DNA of 64,000 nt from an uncultured Spirochaetota bacterium (GCA_963734545.1 CAVTHO010000007.1:864001-928000), one strand, 5' to 3'; shown: positions 20,670-32,435, counted from the stretch's first letter. Notes: generated by a model from the letters alone, not told the origin. Numbers and translations are program-made.

Positions 20670-21452
20670 TCACTTCGGATAGGGCGCGCCGGCCGCGTCG
20701 AAGATGTTCTTGAGCGGCGGATTGAGCGGATTCAAGGGGTCCGCCACGGTGACGCCCGAAATCTGGTTGCTCGGATCATCGTTCACGAGAAGAAACATCT
20801 CGTGGATGGCATCCGCCGTTGTCGGCACCACTGAAGGGGTGATCGCGTCCACCACCGCCTGCATGAGGTAGGCAACAGCCGCCTTCTGTGCAATGTCTCC
20901 CATGGTCACACCAGGTGGAACACTGTAAGGAGGAGTTTCTGTTCCCAGCGCCTGGTAGGCCATATTCGCCTGGAGCAAGCCCGTTATCATTGCCGTGAAG
21001 TCGGTCTGATTCCCCGCGACATCAGCGGGGATGACGGAGGAAATGAGGGAGGAGATGTTTCCCGTCTGGGATGACGTCATGAACTCGGCCACGATGTTGT
21101 TTACCAGCTCGTCCCCGGAGGTGGTCTTGAGATAGAGATCGCCGTAGAGTACGGCGGCAGCCTGCTTATCCGAATTGTTGAGAGGTCCCGTTGTGACCTG
21201 ATACGTCGTCTCGAGATAGGACTCGAGCGCCTGTGTGGTTGTCGTATCCGCCTTGAGCTTGGCCACGACCGCGGGAGAGCCCAGGTCACTCGCCAGTTTG
21301 TCGAGCCCGTCGCTTCCGCCCTGATAGTCGCTCAGCTTCGGCGCAGGAGGTTCATCGAGCGGCTTGAACGCGTTGAAGTCAAAAAACGCCGAGCATCCCG
21401 CCAAAAGGAACAGCGGGAACAGCAGGAGCGCCGTGACTTTCATGCTCGACAA
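20670..21452 (-). CDS. Hypothetical lipoprotein
   Basis: LLAGC lipobox; GGAGG RBS; co-oriented with the barrel gene. Confidence 0.75.
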   Translation of the reverse strand: MSSMKVTALLLFPLFLLAGCSAFFDFNAFKPLDEPPAPKLSDYQGGSDGLDKLASDLGSPAVVAKLKADTTTTQALESYLETTYQVTTGPLNNSDKQAAAVLYGDLYLKTTSGDELVNNIVAEFMTSSQTGNISSLISSVIPADVAGNQTDFTAMITGLLQANMAYQALGTETPPYSVPPGVTMGDIAQKAAVAYLMQAVVDAITPSVVPTTADAIHEMFLLVNDDPSNQISGVTVADPLNPLNPPLKNIFDAAGAPYPK

Positions 21453-21552
21453 TCAATACCTCCCTCTCAAGAATATGCAAACGCAGGACTGTTGTAGCTG
21501 TCAACGCTGCAATAGGATTATAGCTCAGAAAGGGCCTGAAAACCATCGAATG

Positions 21553-22968
21553 TCAATCAAACCCGAGGAAGCGGCCGCCGCAGCTCCCGGATGCGGTTGT
21601 GATCCTCACCCTCGCGATCCTGCCCTCGGCCTCACCTGCCGCCGGGACGTCGCGCACATCCACCTTCAAATAGTTCTCTGAAACGCCCCACGCGCGCGTG
21701 CCTTCACCGCCCTCGAGAAGCACCTCGACGTCCCTGCCGACCCATGCACGCGCGTAGGATGACGAAGACCGGCGGCTTATCTCTCGTAGCTCGCGTGCCC
21801 GCTGATGCCTCGTGCGTTCGGGCACTGCAGGTTCGAGGCCGGCAGCGGCCGTGCCCGGCCTCGGTGAGAAGGGAAATACGTGGAGCGCTGCGAACGACTG
21901 CCCTTCAACCAGACCCCGTGTCTCCGCGAACTCAGCCTCAGTTTCACCCGGGAATCCCGTGATGATGTCCGCGGCGATGTAGGGATCCGGTTTCGAAGCA
22001 CGCAAGAGGGCCAGCGCCTCATGCAAGCGGCCGGTGAGGCAGCGCCGCCTCATCCTGCCCAGCACGCTGTCGGAGCCGGACTGCACCGGAATATGGAAGT
22101 GGGGGCAGATCCTCTCGTGGGCGATCACTTCTCCCAGCGCCTCTGTGATACGTTCCGGCTCCAAAGAGGAGAGCCGGAAACGAACGCGCCGCGTTGCGTC
22201 CAGGAGCAGGCGCAGCAGGTCATGCAGCAGGAGGCCTTCCGACCTGTAGGAGGCGATGTTGACTCCCGTAATGACCACCTCGCGGTACTCCAGCTCCTCC
22301 AGCTCCACGAGCCTGCGCACCGCTTCCGCGGGGCTGAGGCTCACCGAGGCGCCTCGTGCCAGAGGCACACGGCAATAGGAGCAGCGCGAATCGCAGCCGT
22401 CCTGTACTTTGAGATAGGCCCGGGTGCGGAAGTTGTGCGCGCCCGCGGTAAGTTGAAAAATGTCACGGGGTACCGTGACCGGTTGGAAAATGTCACGGGC
22501 AGCCGTGACCCACGTGCCGTCCTGAAGAGTGCCTTTCGCGGCGCCTCCCCGGCGGAGAATCGCCTGCAGATCGAGGAGGCTCGCCTTCTGCGACTGCGGT
22601 ATCACGAGGACATTTTCCCCGAGTGAAGAAAGGGCTCCCGCATTCTGCTCGGCTGAGCAGCCCGTTACGATCAGGAGAGCGCGTGGACGGCTGCGCGCGA
22701 GGCTGCGGACAAGGGCGCGGGCCTTGTGATCCGCGCGGCACGTCACCGTGCACGTGTTGACCACGTACGTATCGGCTTCCTGTTCAAAAGGGACAACTGC
22801 GTAGCCCTGACTTTTGAATGAGGAGGCGAGCGCTTCGGTCTCGAACTGGTTCAGCTTGCACCCGAAGGTGTGAAACCCGACCCTGCGTCCGCCGCCACGG
22901 TACTCCGCGGCATTCGGGCCGCCACGGTACTCCGCGGCACTTATCGCGGTCACCGTACCCGGTGACAT
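21553..22968 (-). CDS. mtaB: tRNA t6A methylthiotransferase
   Basis: TFGCKLNQFETE; VNTCTVT; radical SAM motif CDSRCSYC; HVFPFSPRPGT. Confidence 0.92.
   Translation of the reverse strand: MSPGTVTAISAAEYRGGPNAAEYRGGGRRVGFHTFGCKLNQFETEALASSFKSQGYAVVPFEQEADTYVVNTCTVTCRADHKARALVRSLARSRPRALLIVTGCSAEQNAGALSSLGENVLVIPQSQKASLLDLQAILRRGGAAKGTLQDGTWVTAARDIFQPVTVPRDIFQLTAGAHNFRTRAYLKVQDGCDSRCSYCRVPLARGASVSLSPAEAVRRLVELEELEYREVVITGVNIASYRSEGLLLHDLLRLLLDATRRVRFRLSSLEPERITEALGEVIAHERICPHFHIPVQSGSDSVLGRMRRRCLTGRLHEALALLRASKPDPYIAADIITGFPGETEAEFAETRGLVEGQSFAALHVFPFSPRPGTAAAGLEPAVPERTRHQRARELREISRRSSSSYARAWVGRDVEVLLEGGEGTRAWGVSENYLKVDVRDVPAAGEAEGRIARVRITTASGSCGGRFLGFD
22457..22510. repeat. Tandem palindromic repeat motif B (30-bp period), in frame inside mtaB
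   Basis: AAAATGTCACGGGGTACCGTGACC and AAAATGTCACGGGCAGCCGTGACC encode VTAARDIFQP-VTVPRDIFQL. Confidence 0.75.
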
Positions 22969-22970
22969 TC
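22891..22970. repeat. Two copies of motif A (27-bp period) plus one motif B in the mtaB N-terminus
   Basis: GCCGCCACGGTACTCCGCGGCA twice (AAEYRGG x2), then GGTCACCGTACCCGGTGACATT. Confidence 0.75.
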
Positions 22971-23601
22971 AACCGCCTCTGAGCTTCTTGTCGACGCTGT
23001 CCTTGCCCCGCTGGGCATCGCCGAGGCCGGGGTCCAGCCTGAGCGCCCGGCCATACGCGTCGGAGGCCCATTTCAGATCGTTTGCCAGCTCACGCGCGTA
23101 TCCGAGCCGGGCCCACCACAATGCGTTGTTCTGCTCGTAGTAGACGGCCGTGGAGATGGCGATGTCGGCGTTCTGGTACTCCTTGAGACGTATGTAGCAT
23201 TCCCCCATGAGCCAGTAGACGCGCGCGATCCGGTCTCCGTTGGGACGATCCAGCACGTACTTCTTCAGGTTCTTGAGCGCGTCGTCGATCTTGCCGAGAA
23301 ACACGTCGGCCTCCCCGATGATCTGCTCGATCCGGGGATCGTTCGGATTGATGACGGCGGCCTTGCGGGCAATGTCCAGGGCGTCCTGGTACTGCTGCAG
23401 CCTGAGGTAGCTCCACCCCATCACCACGTGAGAGTCGATATTGTTCGGTGACACGGCCAGCTCCTGCTGGCAGACCTTGACCGCGTCCGCGAATCTGTTC
23501 GCGCGATAGAGCTCCAGCGCGTCCGGCTTGTCCTGGGCGAACAGGGGACCAGTCGCCAGAATCGCCAGAAGGAGCGCGACGGAGGCGAGGCGACGTTTCA
23601 T
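22969..23601 (-). CDS. Secreted tetratricopeptide repeat protein
   Basis: Signal peptide MKRRLASVALLL...LFA; TPR-like helical repeats. Confidence 0.8.
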   Translation of the reverse strand: MKRRLASVALLLAILATGPLFAQDKPDALELYRANRFADAVKVCQQELAVSPNNIDSHVVMGWSYLRLQQYQDALDIARKAAVINPNDPRIEQIIGEADVFLGKIDDALKNLKKYVLDRPNGDRIARVYWLMGECYIRLKEYQNADIAISTAVYYEQNNALWWARLGYARELANDLKWASDAYGRALRLDPGLGDAQRGKDSVDKKLRGG

Positions 23602-24188
23602 TTCTGGGGCCCCCCCTGGCCGGAGGACGAGCCGGGAGGCTTCTGCTGAGGCGCGTGCTGGTTCCCTGGCTGCGGCAACGGCAGAGTCTGCTGGCTGCCC
23701 CCCTGCCCTGCCGCTGCCCCCCCCTGCTGATTGCCCTGTTTCTGCGGGTGTTGCTGCTGAGGCTGCGGGCTGCCGGGCTGCCCGGTTGCGCCTGCCTGAT
23801 GCGGTGCCGGCCGGCTGCGGCTGCTGCGCATCCTTCCTCACACCGCCCATGTTGCAGTAGCCGTTGAACTTGCATCCGCTTTCCACGACGAAGTCCGGCG
23901 TGGAGATGTCTCCCTCCACCTGCGCCGTGGAGAACAGCTCCACGCGGGAGTGGCCGACGATGTCCCCTTGTGCTTTCCCCGTGAGGAGACGATATCTGCC
24001 TCGGTCTTGGCTTCCACGTACGCCTTCTCCCCGATGTACAGGGAGCTTGTCGACTTGATCTCGCCCTTGAACTTTCCCTTGATCATCAGGGGCTTCTTGA
24101 ACGTGAGGTGGCCCTCGAAATCGATGTCCTCCGCGAGGATCGTGTCGATCTCGTGCTCGTCCATATCCTTTATGTGCACTTCAGCCAT
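23598..24188 (-). CDS. Bactofilin with a Q/G/P-rich tail (frameshifted)
   Basis: TILAEDIDFEGHL, IKGKFKGEI, VEGDISTP, VESGCKFNGYCNM. Confidence 0.85.
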
Positions 24189-24246
24189 AGGCCTCTCCGT
24201 GGTGTGAGTTGTCCCTGCCTACGTTATCCACGCCTGCCCGGGCATG

Positions 24247-24973
24247 TCAACCATCGATCGCCAGCATGATCGAGCGGAGGGACTTCTCCAGCCGCGCGCG
24301 CATCTCCCGCGTGTGCGGATTGAAGCGCTGAAGGTCGAGAAAGAGCTGCCAGGGGTCGTTGCAGGTCTGCTCGACGATTTCCAGGAGCTTGTTGTAGCCC
24401 ACGGTGGCGATGGGGGATTGGCGCACGCCGAGATCGGAGAGCACCCTCCCGATGTAGTGCGCGATTCCCTGGGTGAACGCCGCTTCCCGGTCGTGCTCGT
24501 CCGCCGACATGACGGAGACCGCCAGACCCAGGGAGGTGAAGAACTCGCGCCACCGCTCGAGCTCCCGGCCGGCGATCGCGGACGGGGCAGAGGATCATGG
24601 GGAGCCCCGCGACGCCCTCACGGGCCGAATCCGGGCCGAACATCGGATGCGTGCCCAGGATCGAGACAGCGGCCGGCAGCATTCGCTCCATGAGACCCAC
24701 TGGATGGGTCTTCACCGAGCAGGTGTCCATGACGAGCGACCCCGCGGGAGAGCCGGCCGCGCGTGCGCCCCAGGACGTCCTCCATGGCGGAGATTGCCAC
24801 GCAGAGGAAGATCACCGGCTGGGAGAGAACCTCCGTCCTCCCCCACCCTGCGCGACACCGGGCGGGGTGGGCCGGTCGGGAGATCGGGAATAGACGCAGA
24901 CGGGAACCGAGCGCGCGAGCAGCTCCGCCCAGAAAGAGCCGAACCTTCCCAGGCCGTACACGCCGACTGTCAT
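24247..24973 (-). CDS. tyrA: Prephenate/arogenate dehydrogenase (frameshifted)
   Basis: MTVGVYGLGRFG; DTCSVK; THPMFGP; EHDREAAFTQGIAH. Confidence 0.85.
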
Positions 24974-25056
24974 GAGCGCGATTATTGCAGTTTCCGGGGA
25001 AAAAGCTATACTTGCTTACTCGGGTGTTTCTCCCATTCCCGGAAAGGAGCCATCAG

Positions 25057-26062
<1,006 letters not shown>

Positions 26063-26063
26063 C

Positions 26064-26824
26064 ATGAGAGTCGCGATCGTCGGATACGGAAGCATGGGAC
26101 GCGAGGTGGAGAAGGTCCTTCGGGAACGGGGGCACGAGGTGACGGCCCGCGTGGATCCGACGCAGGCGGGCGCCGACGGCGACGCGCCTCACGGAGGAGA
26201 TCGCCCGGCGCAGCGACATGGCCATCGAGTTTTCGCACGCGGACGCCGTGCTGGAAAACGCGCAGCGCGTATGCCGGGTTCGGGCTCAGCGCAGTGAGCG
26301 GGACCACGGGCTGGTACGCGAAGCTCGAGGAGCTGCGCGCTCTCATCGGCGCATCGAAAATCGGCTACCTGTACGGCAGCAACTTCTCCATCGGCGCTCA
26401 CCTGTTCTTCGCGCTGGTGGCAGCCGCGACCGAGCTCGCCAACCCCTGCCCCGAGTACGACATCATGGGGTGGGAGGTCCACCACAAGCGCAAGAAGGAC
26501 TCGCCCTCGGGCACCGCGCTCACCATCGCCCGCATCATCACCGGCCAGAGCGAGCGCAAGAAGAAGGTGGTGACGGAGAGGCTCGACCGGGCTCCGGCGG
26601 CGGATGAGCTCCACTTCGCCTCTGTCCGCGGCGGGGAGGTCCCCGGCACGCACACGGTGCTCCTGGACTCCTCCTTCGACACCATCGAGCTCACCCATCG
26701 CGCGCGCAGCCGGGGCGGGTTCGCCCTCGGCGCCGTGCGTGCGGCGGAGTGGCTGGCGGGAAAGCGCGGCGTTTTCGAGGTGAATGATTTCATCAAGAGC
26801 CTTCTCCAGAGGAGACCAGCATGA
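26064..26824 (+). CDS. dapB: 4-hydroxy-tetrahydrodipicolinate reductase (frameshifted)
   Basis: GYGSMG; SGTTG; NFSIG; EVHHKRKKDSPSGTA; FALGA. Confidence 0.92.
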
Positions 26825-27700
26825 AACTCGAAGGGGTGTATACGGCCCTCGTCACGCCGATGACCGCGGACGGAAAGGTGGACGAGAAGGCGCTGCGCCG
26901 GCTCGTGGATTTCCAGGTCGAAGGCGGCGTGCACGGCCTCGTGCCGGTGGGCACGACGGGAGAGAGCCCGACCCTGGACGGCGAGGAGTGCAAGCGGGTC
27001 ATCCAGATCGTCGTCGAACAGGCACGGGGTCGGGTTCCCGTCATTGCGGGGGCAGGGTCCAACTCCACGAGCGAGGCAATCGAGTACGCGCGGGACGCCA
27101 AGGAGGTGGGGGCGGTGGCGACCCTCCAGGTTGCGCCGTACTACAACAAGCCGACAAACGCGGGCTTTCTCGCGCATTTCCGCGCCATCGCGGACGCGGT
27201 GGATCTGCCGCTGGTCGTCTACAACATCGCCGGCCGCACCGGCAAGAACATCGACAACCCCACGATGCTGGAGCTGGCGAAGCACAGGAACATCACGGCG
27301 GTGAAGGAGGCAAGCGGCGACATCGGACAGGTCATGGACCTGATCGCCCACAAGCCGGCCGGATTCACCGTGCTTTCAGGGGACGACAACCTCGTGTTCC
27401 CCATCATGGCGCTCGGCGGCCGGGGAGTGATCTCGGTCGTCGAGCAACCTCGTGCCGGACCGCATGGCGAAATTCGTCACGCGGCGCTCCAAGGGCGACT
27501 GGGACGGGGCGAGGAGAATGCACTACGAGCTCCTCCCGCTCTTCAAGGCCATGTTCATCGAGACCAATCCGATCCCGATCAAGGCGGCGATGGCAATGAA
27601 GGGAATGATGGCGGAGTCCTACAGGCTCCCGATGTGCCCCCTGGCGCCGAAAAACAGGGAGTCTCTCCAGGCAACGCTCAAGGAGCTGAAGGTCCTGTAA
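26821..27700 (+). CDS. dapA: 4-hydroxy-tetrahydrodipicolinate synthase (frameshift near 27440)
   Basis: GTTGESPTL; PYYNKP; VKEASG; LSGDD; ETNPIPIK. Confidence 0.95.
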
Positions 27701-28539
27701 GCGCGCGCGCCAGCCTGACGAAGATCTCGGGAGAGAGCTGCTCGGCCCTCCTGCCAAGGTCTATCCCCTCCGCCACGAGCACCGATTCAGCGTCCTCCGC
27801 CGTCACGTCCGATCCCAGCCTTCCCGAGCCAAGGTTGTTGCGAATGGTTTTCCTTCGCGAGGAAAAGAGACCTCGACAAAGCGCGGAGAGCACGCGCAGC
27901 GTGCGGCTGTCCGGCGCATCGCTCTTCGGTCGCAGCTCCACAATCGAAGAAACAACCTCGGGCACCGGATAGAAGCTGCCCGGGCTGCAGGTCACCGCGG
28001 TCGATCACGTGGAAGGAGGACTGGCACAGAACGGAAAAGGATGAGTAGCTCTTGGTCCCCGGGCCGGATGCCATGCGCTCGGCGAGCTCGCGCTGCACGG
28101 TGACTACCACGACCCGGGGCCGCAGGCCTCCCTCGATGAGGTCCCCGATCATGAGCGACGCCGTTCGGTAAGGAAGGTTGCCCAGCAGACGATCCGGTGG
28201 CCCGTGCTCCGCAACGGCGTTCCTCCAGCTCTCCAGAAAATCCCCCTGCACCAGCTTGAACGCTGGTGTGCCGGCAAAGGTTTCCAGGAGGAATCGGCAC
28301 AGGCCGCGGTCCATCTCGAACGCGCGCACTTCCTTCGCCCGCTCGAGGAGGAGGCCGGTCATGGAGCCGAGTCCCGGGCCGATTTCCCAGACCGTCTCGC
28401 TTCCCTTGAGCTCGAGCAGCGATACGAGGCGCTCCCGCGCCCCCCTGTTGACCAGGAAATTCTGACCCCAGCGCTTTTTCAGCGCGAGCCCCCGCTCTTC
28501 CAGCGCCGCGCGGATCTCCGCGGGGGAATCGGGATTCAC
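27678..28539 (-). CDS. rsmA: 16S rRNA m6,2A dimethyltransferase (frameshift near 27990)
   Basis: KKRWGQNFL; EIGPGLG; GNLPY; F.SRRKTIRNNL; RAEQLSPE. Confidence 0.92.
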
Positions 28540-30014
28540 GCGAGGATCACCGAAGCGGCACGCCGCTTTGCGGGCAGGACTCCGCCCAGGAGCACCATCA
28601 CCGCGACGGATGCCGCGACGACCCAGGGCACAAGCGGGGGCACTACCATGATGCCCGGCACTCGTGCCAGTGTTTCAGCGCTCCACTCGATGGCGCCGTA
28701 CAGAATCGAAAAGAGTCGCACGCAGGTGTCATGCAGGAGCTGCCAGGGCAGGAGGGAGATCGGCAGCCACGCAAGCCCTGCCCAGAGGAGTGCGGTCGTC
28801 AAAGGCACCAGGATCAGGCTCGCGACCAGGCCCGAAGGGTAATAGCTGCCGAATGCGGCCACCACGAGAGGCAGGGTGGCGATCTGGGCGCCGACTGACA
28901 TGGCCAGCGGTGCCAGGACGAATCGCGGGAGCCTGCCTTCGAGAGGCCTCCGCACGAGCGGGCCCAGTGCCAGAATCCCGGCCAGGGCGAGGAACGAAAG
29001 CTGAAATGAAAGGGAGAACGCCTGGAAGGGATCGATACACACGATCACAATCCCGGAAATGGAGAGAAGGTTCAGCGGCTCCACGTCCCGGTCGAGCAGG
29101 AGCGCAGCGCCGCCCACCAGGATCATTACGGTGGCGCGCAGGAGCGAGGGAAAAAACCCTGCAACAAACTGGTAGAACAGGAGGACGAGGGTCGCCAGAA
29201 GGAATTTCAGGACAGGCCTCCGCATGAATCCCAGCGCGGCTGCGATGATGCCGTAGATCACGGTCACATGGAGGCCGGAGAGTGCCAGGATGTGCAGGCT
29301 GCCGGTGCGCTGGAATCCGTCATACAGCCGCTGCGGCACGTCTTCCCTGCTTCCTATCAGGAGCGCCTGAAGAAGCGCGGAGGCCGGATAGCCGGCTCGA
29401 TCCAGCGCCCGATTCAACCCCGTCCGCAGCCGGGCCCTGATTTCCCACAGCCTCGAGGAAAACCCTGCCTCGCGAACATCCTTTCTGGCCGCGCGCGCCG
29501 CAAAGGTTTCAGGACCTGTCCCCGGGAAGGGGGAGAGCCGTGCATGAAACGAGAGCTCCTGGCCCAGAGAAAACCGGTAGTCGCCGGCAAGAAAGACGAG
29601 CACGCTGCCGCGCGCGGCACCCCGCAACCCCGTCTGGACGGACGACGCCTGCCGGACTGAAACGCGCAGCACTGTCTCGCCCTTCTGGGAAAGACTGCTG
29701 TCCTGCGAGAGGGAGCCGCTGAAATCGGTCACGTCGCCGGCGGGAACGGGGAAGAATGAAGAGTCGCTCACGCTCGCCATCCGCCTGAGAGAAACCGCGC
29801 CCATGAGCAGTCCGACAGCGATGAAAAGCGCGAAGACCCCGGCGCGGCGGAGACGGGGAGCGTCGATCCGCGTGAGAACGGTTCCCGCGGCCGCCGCCAC
29901 GACGCATGCGGCAAGCAGCGCCGCCCACCTCGATGCGAGGATCGGGCGCGAGTAGCAGCAGGCCAGGAGGATGGAAAACAGGACAAGCGCAGGGGTGAGG
30001 TGCCTGCGGATCAT
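28536..30014 (-). CDS. comEC: ComEC/Rec2 competence membrane protein (no MBL domain)
   Basis: GSLHILALSGLHV; SLLRA; SFQLSF; many TM helices. Confidence 0.88.
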   Translation of the reverse strand: MIRRHLTPALVLFSILLACCYSRPILASRWAALLAACVVAAAAGTVLTRIDAPRLRRAGVFALFIAVGLLMGAVSLRRMASVSDSSFFPVPAGDVTDFSGSLSQDSSLSQKGETVLRVSVRQASSVQTGLRGAARGSVLVFLAGDYRFSLGQELSFHARLSPFPGTGPETFAARAARKDVREAGFSSRLWEIRARLRTGLNRALDRAGYPASALLQALLIGSREDVPQRLYDGFQRTGSLHILALSGLHVTVIYGIIAAALGFMRRPVLKFLLATLVLLFYQFVAGFFPSLLRATVMILVGGAALLLDRDVEPLNLLSISGIVIVCIDPFQAFSLSFQLSFLALAGILALGPLVRRPLEGRLPRFVLAPLAMSVGAQIATLPLVVAAFGSYYPSGLVASLILVPLTTALLWAGLAWLPISLLPWQLLHDTCVRLFSILYGAIEWSAETLARVPGIMVVPPLVPWVVAASVAVMVLLGGVLPAKRRAASVILA

Positions 30015-30045
30015 GCGCCAGAAGGCCGGCGATGCTCCGCCTGCT

Positions 30046-31233
30046 CTACCATTTCAGCTTGTCGAGGGCCGCGCGAGCCGCTTTCTTCACCCCGGCAGTG
30101 TAGTTCAAATACTGCGTGTACATCAGGTCGTCGAACGCCACCTTGTCCGCGAGAGCCCCCAGGTTCTGCAGAATGGCCATCACGACCAGGTCGTCATACG
30201 CCTTGCCTTTTTCCGTGTAGGAATTGACGATCACGAGGTACTGGGTGAGCCGCACGGCGGCATCGTGGGAGCTCATGGCGCCAAGGTCGCCGATGGCGTT
30301 CAGCAGATGATTGCGATCCGTCAGGCCCTTGTCGAACTCGCCGATGGTCGTGTCCAGGTGCTCGATGAGGAGAGGCGTGGCGTGCGAATACTTTCGCACT
30401 CCGAGGGCGTCCGCGGCCTGGAACCGGATGTCCCGCAGAATCGCCTTGCCTGTCGCGTCCGAGGCGCTGAGGTGCAGCCCGACGTCGAGAGCATATTCGG
30501 CGAGCTGGCTCAACTGGTCGTCCGTGAGCCTGTCCGTGTCGAGAGCCATCTGGAGGGCGAGCTTCTTTTCCGGTATGGGCCGCACTCTGACGACCCCGAG
30601 GAGCATTTCCTTGAAATCTCCTTTGATGGCGAGGAGCGCCTCCTTCGCGATTGCGGCGATCTGCTCGGAGTATCCCAGGTTCATTGTGCCGAACAGCGTG
30701 GAAAACGAGGTCGCATCCCCGATCTTTCCGAGCGCCTGGAGACAGGCCACCAGCACGGCAGGATCCGGCATCTTGCCCGAAGCGAATGAGGCATTCTGCC
30801 CATCCACGTAGTGGTTCAGGTTCGCGACTATCTGCGCGTCGCCCGTCCCTGCGAGCCCGAGCGCCGTGGCTGCCTTTGCCAGCGTCTGGGAATCCGAAGT
30901 CGTGAGAAAGAGCTTCCAGATGGCGTCCCGGCCCTGCGTATACCCGACGACGCCCATCTGCTCGGCGCCAATGGCGGCGAGTTGGTTGAACCTCGCGTCA
31001 GTGGGAACGAGGGTCGAGTTGTCGATCACGAACTCCACCGCCTGCAGGAAAAGCGGCCCCATGGCGGACGCTGTCTTTCCCGCCGCCGCATCCTGGAGTA
31101 TCTGGATCTTCACGTCGAGACTGCCGATGGCGAAGTTGCGGCGGAATGCATCCAGAAGCTTTTGCGCGTCCTGCGCCTGCGCGACGATCGAGGTCACGAG
31201 GAGCGCGATGCAAATGCACAGAGCACGTTTCAT
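30046..31233 (-). CDS. Secreted HEAT-repeat protein
   Basis: Signal peptide; repeated AA.ALG helical motifs; GGAGG RBS. Confidence 0.75.
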   Translation of the reverse strand: MKRALCICIALLVTSIVAQAQDAQKLLDAFRRNFAIGSLDVKIQILQDAAAGKTASAMGPLFLQAVEFVIDNSTLVPTDARFNQLAAIGAEQMGVVGYTQGRDAIWKLFLTTSDSQTLAKAATALGLAGTGDAQIVANLNHYVDGQNASFASGKMPDPAVLVACLQALGKIGDATSFSTLFGTMNLGYSEQIAAIAKEALLAIKGDFKEMLLGVVRVRPIPEKKLALQMALDTDRLTDDQLSQLAEYALDVGLHLSASDATGKAILRDIRFQAADALGVRKYSHATPLLIEHLDTTIGEFDKGLTDRNHLLNAIGDLGAMSSHDAAVRLTQYLVIVNSYTEKGKAYDDLVVMAILQNLGALADKVAFDDLMYTQYLNYTAGVKKAARAALDKLKW

Positions 31234-31319
31234 GCCTCTCCCTCCTGGGGGCTCATACGATTCAATTCTACAGTGATCGAACTCAAAGTACAACCCAGAT
31301 CGAAAGAGCGCCGCCTGAT

Positions 31320-32435
31320 TCAGGAGACGTCCGGTGTGGGTTTGGCCGCGGACAGGGAAGCCTTGATGACGATCCCATCCGATCCGCCGTTCTTTGACTG
31401 CGCATCCGGTTTCCGTGGCGCGCCGGGTGCTTCCCGCTCGCCGAAAAGGTTGTAGACGTAGGTGAGGATCCGATTGCGCGCCGTGGCGCTCAGCGGGGCT
31501 GCCTGCACGTGCAGGAGGGACCTGTTCTTCTTCTGATCGAAGTTGATTCCTTTCACCACTCCGCTCATGACCACCTGGTCGTCCCCGATGCTGAACTGGA
31601 CCTTGATCGGCAATCCCACTTTTGCCTTTCCGCCGATGAGCACCGCGAGCCCTCCCTCCGAAAGGTCTGCCAGCCGGCAGCGCAGCCCGCGAGCGCCTTC
31701 CGGGGTTTCGCTCGCGCCGTCGATGGACTTCAGCGGAAACAGCTCGGCGGGAAGATCGGCCTCCACCCGTACCGAGCTTCTCTTCTGGGCGCGAATGAGG
31801 TTCTCGGAGTGCAGAATGTGCAGGATGGGATACTGCTTGTCGAAAAAGTCATCCAGGACCTTTGTCTGGAAAAAATACCCGGCATCCTCGGCCCGCCAGA
31901 AGTACACGCCGATTTTCTGGTTCTTCCACGAGAAACCCTCCGGAAGCTTCGGACCCTGGGGGTAGGATACCGCCAGGTAGCGGCTGAGGATTTCCACGAC
32001 GATGGAGCCGAATGGACCGATTCCGGGAAGCGTGATGCGCAGGCTCTGCTTGGGCTGAAGCTTGCGCGTGCTCTTGATGCCGAGCTTGTACTTGGGTTGA
32101 TCGAACTCGACCCTCTTCCGCAGCTCGAAAAGCTTGCCGAGCAGAAGGTTGTACTCGGGATCCTGTTCCTGGGACCGGGACCTGTACCGGATGATGGTGC
32201 CCTTGATGGAACGATCGAGCTGCTTGATGGACCAGAAAAGCGCCGTCGGGTTGTCGAGCTTGGCCTCCACCGCCACGCGGCGCAGCAGGTTGATTTCGCG
32301 GAAGACGAAGCCGGACTCCCGGCCCTTCAGGTAGAACTGGAGCCAGGGAAACCTGCCACCTCCCGCCCGGCGCAGGAGAATAATGGCGAGCACCGCAATG
32401 AAGGCTATGGCAAGAAGGACAACGACGAACAACAT
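31320..32435 (-). CDS. Membrane-anchored PilZ-domain (flagellar brake-like) c-di-GMP receptor
   Basis: QKRSSVR (RxxxR) and DLSEGG (DxSxxG); N-terminal TM helix. Confidence 0.85.
   Translation of the reverse strand: MLFVVVLLAIAFIAVLAIILLRRAGGGRFPWLQFYLKGRESGFVFREINLLRRVAVEAKLDNPTALFWSIKQLDRSIKGTIIRYRSRSQEQDPEYNLLLGKLFELRKRVEFDQPKYKLGIKSTRKLQPKQSLRITLPGIGPFGSIVVEILSRYLAVSYPQGPKLPEGFSWKNQKIGVYFWRAEDAGYFFQTKVLDDFFDKQYPILHILHSENLIRAQKRSSVRVEADLPAELFPLKSIDGASETPEGARGLRCRLADLSEGGLAVLIGGKAKVGLPIKVQFSIGDDQVVMSGVVKGINFDQKKNRSLLHVQAAPLSATARNRILTYVYNLFGEREAPGAPRKPDAQSKNGGSDGIVIKASLSAAKPTPDVS

Noticed and set aside
22457-22970. CRISPR mini-array
   Set aside because: Only two units per motif, spacers of about 5-6 nt, located inside a coding sequence, and no cas genes in the window
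22969-23943. Bactofilin-TPR fusion protein
   Set aside because: An internal signal peptide and ATGA overlap at 23598-23601 show two genes; the fusion results from an indel
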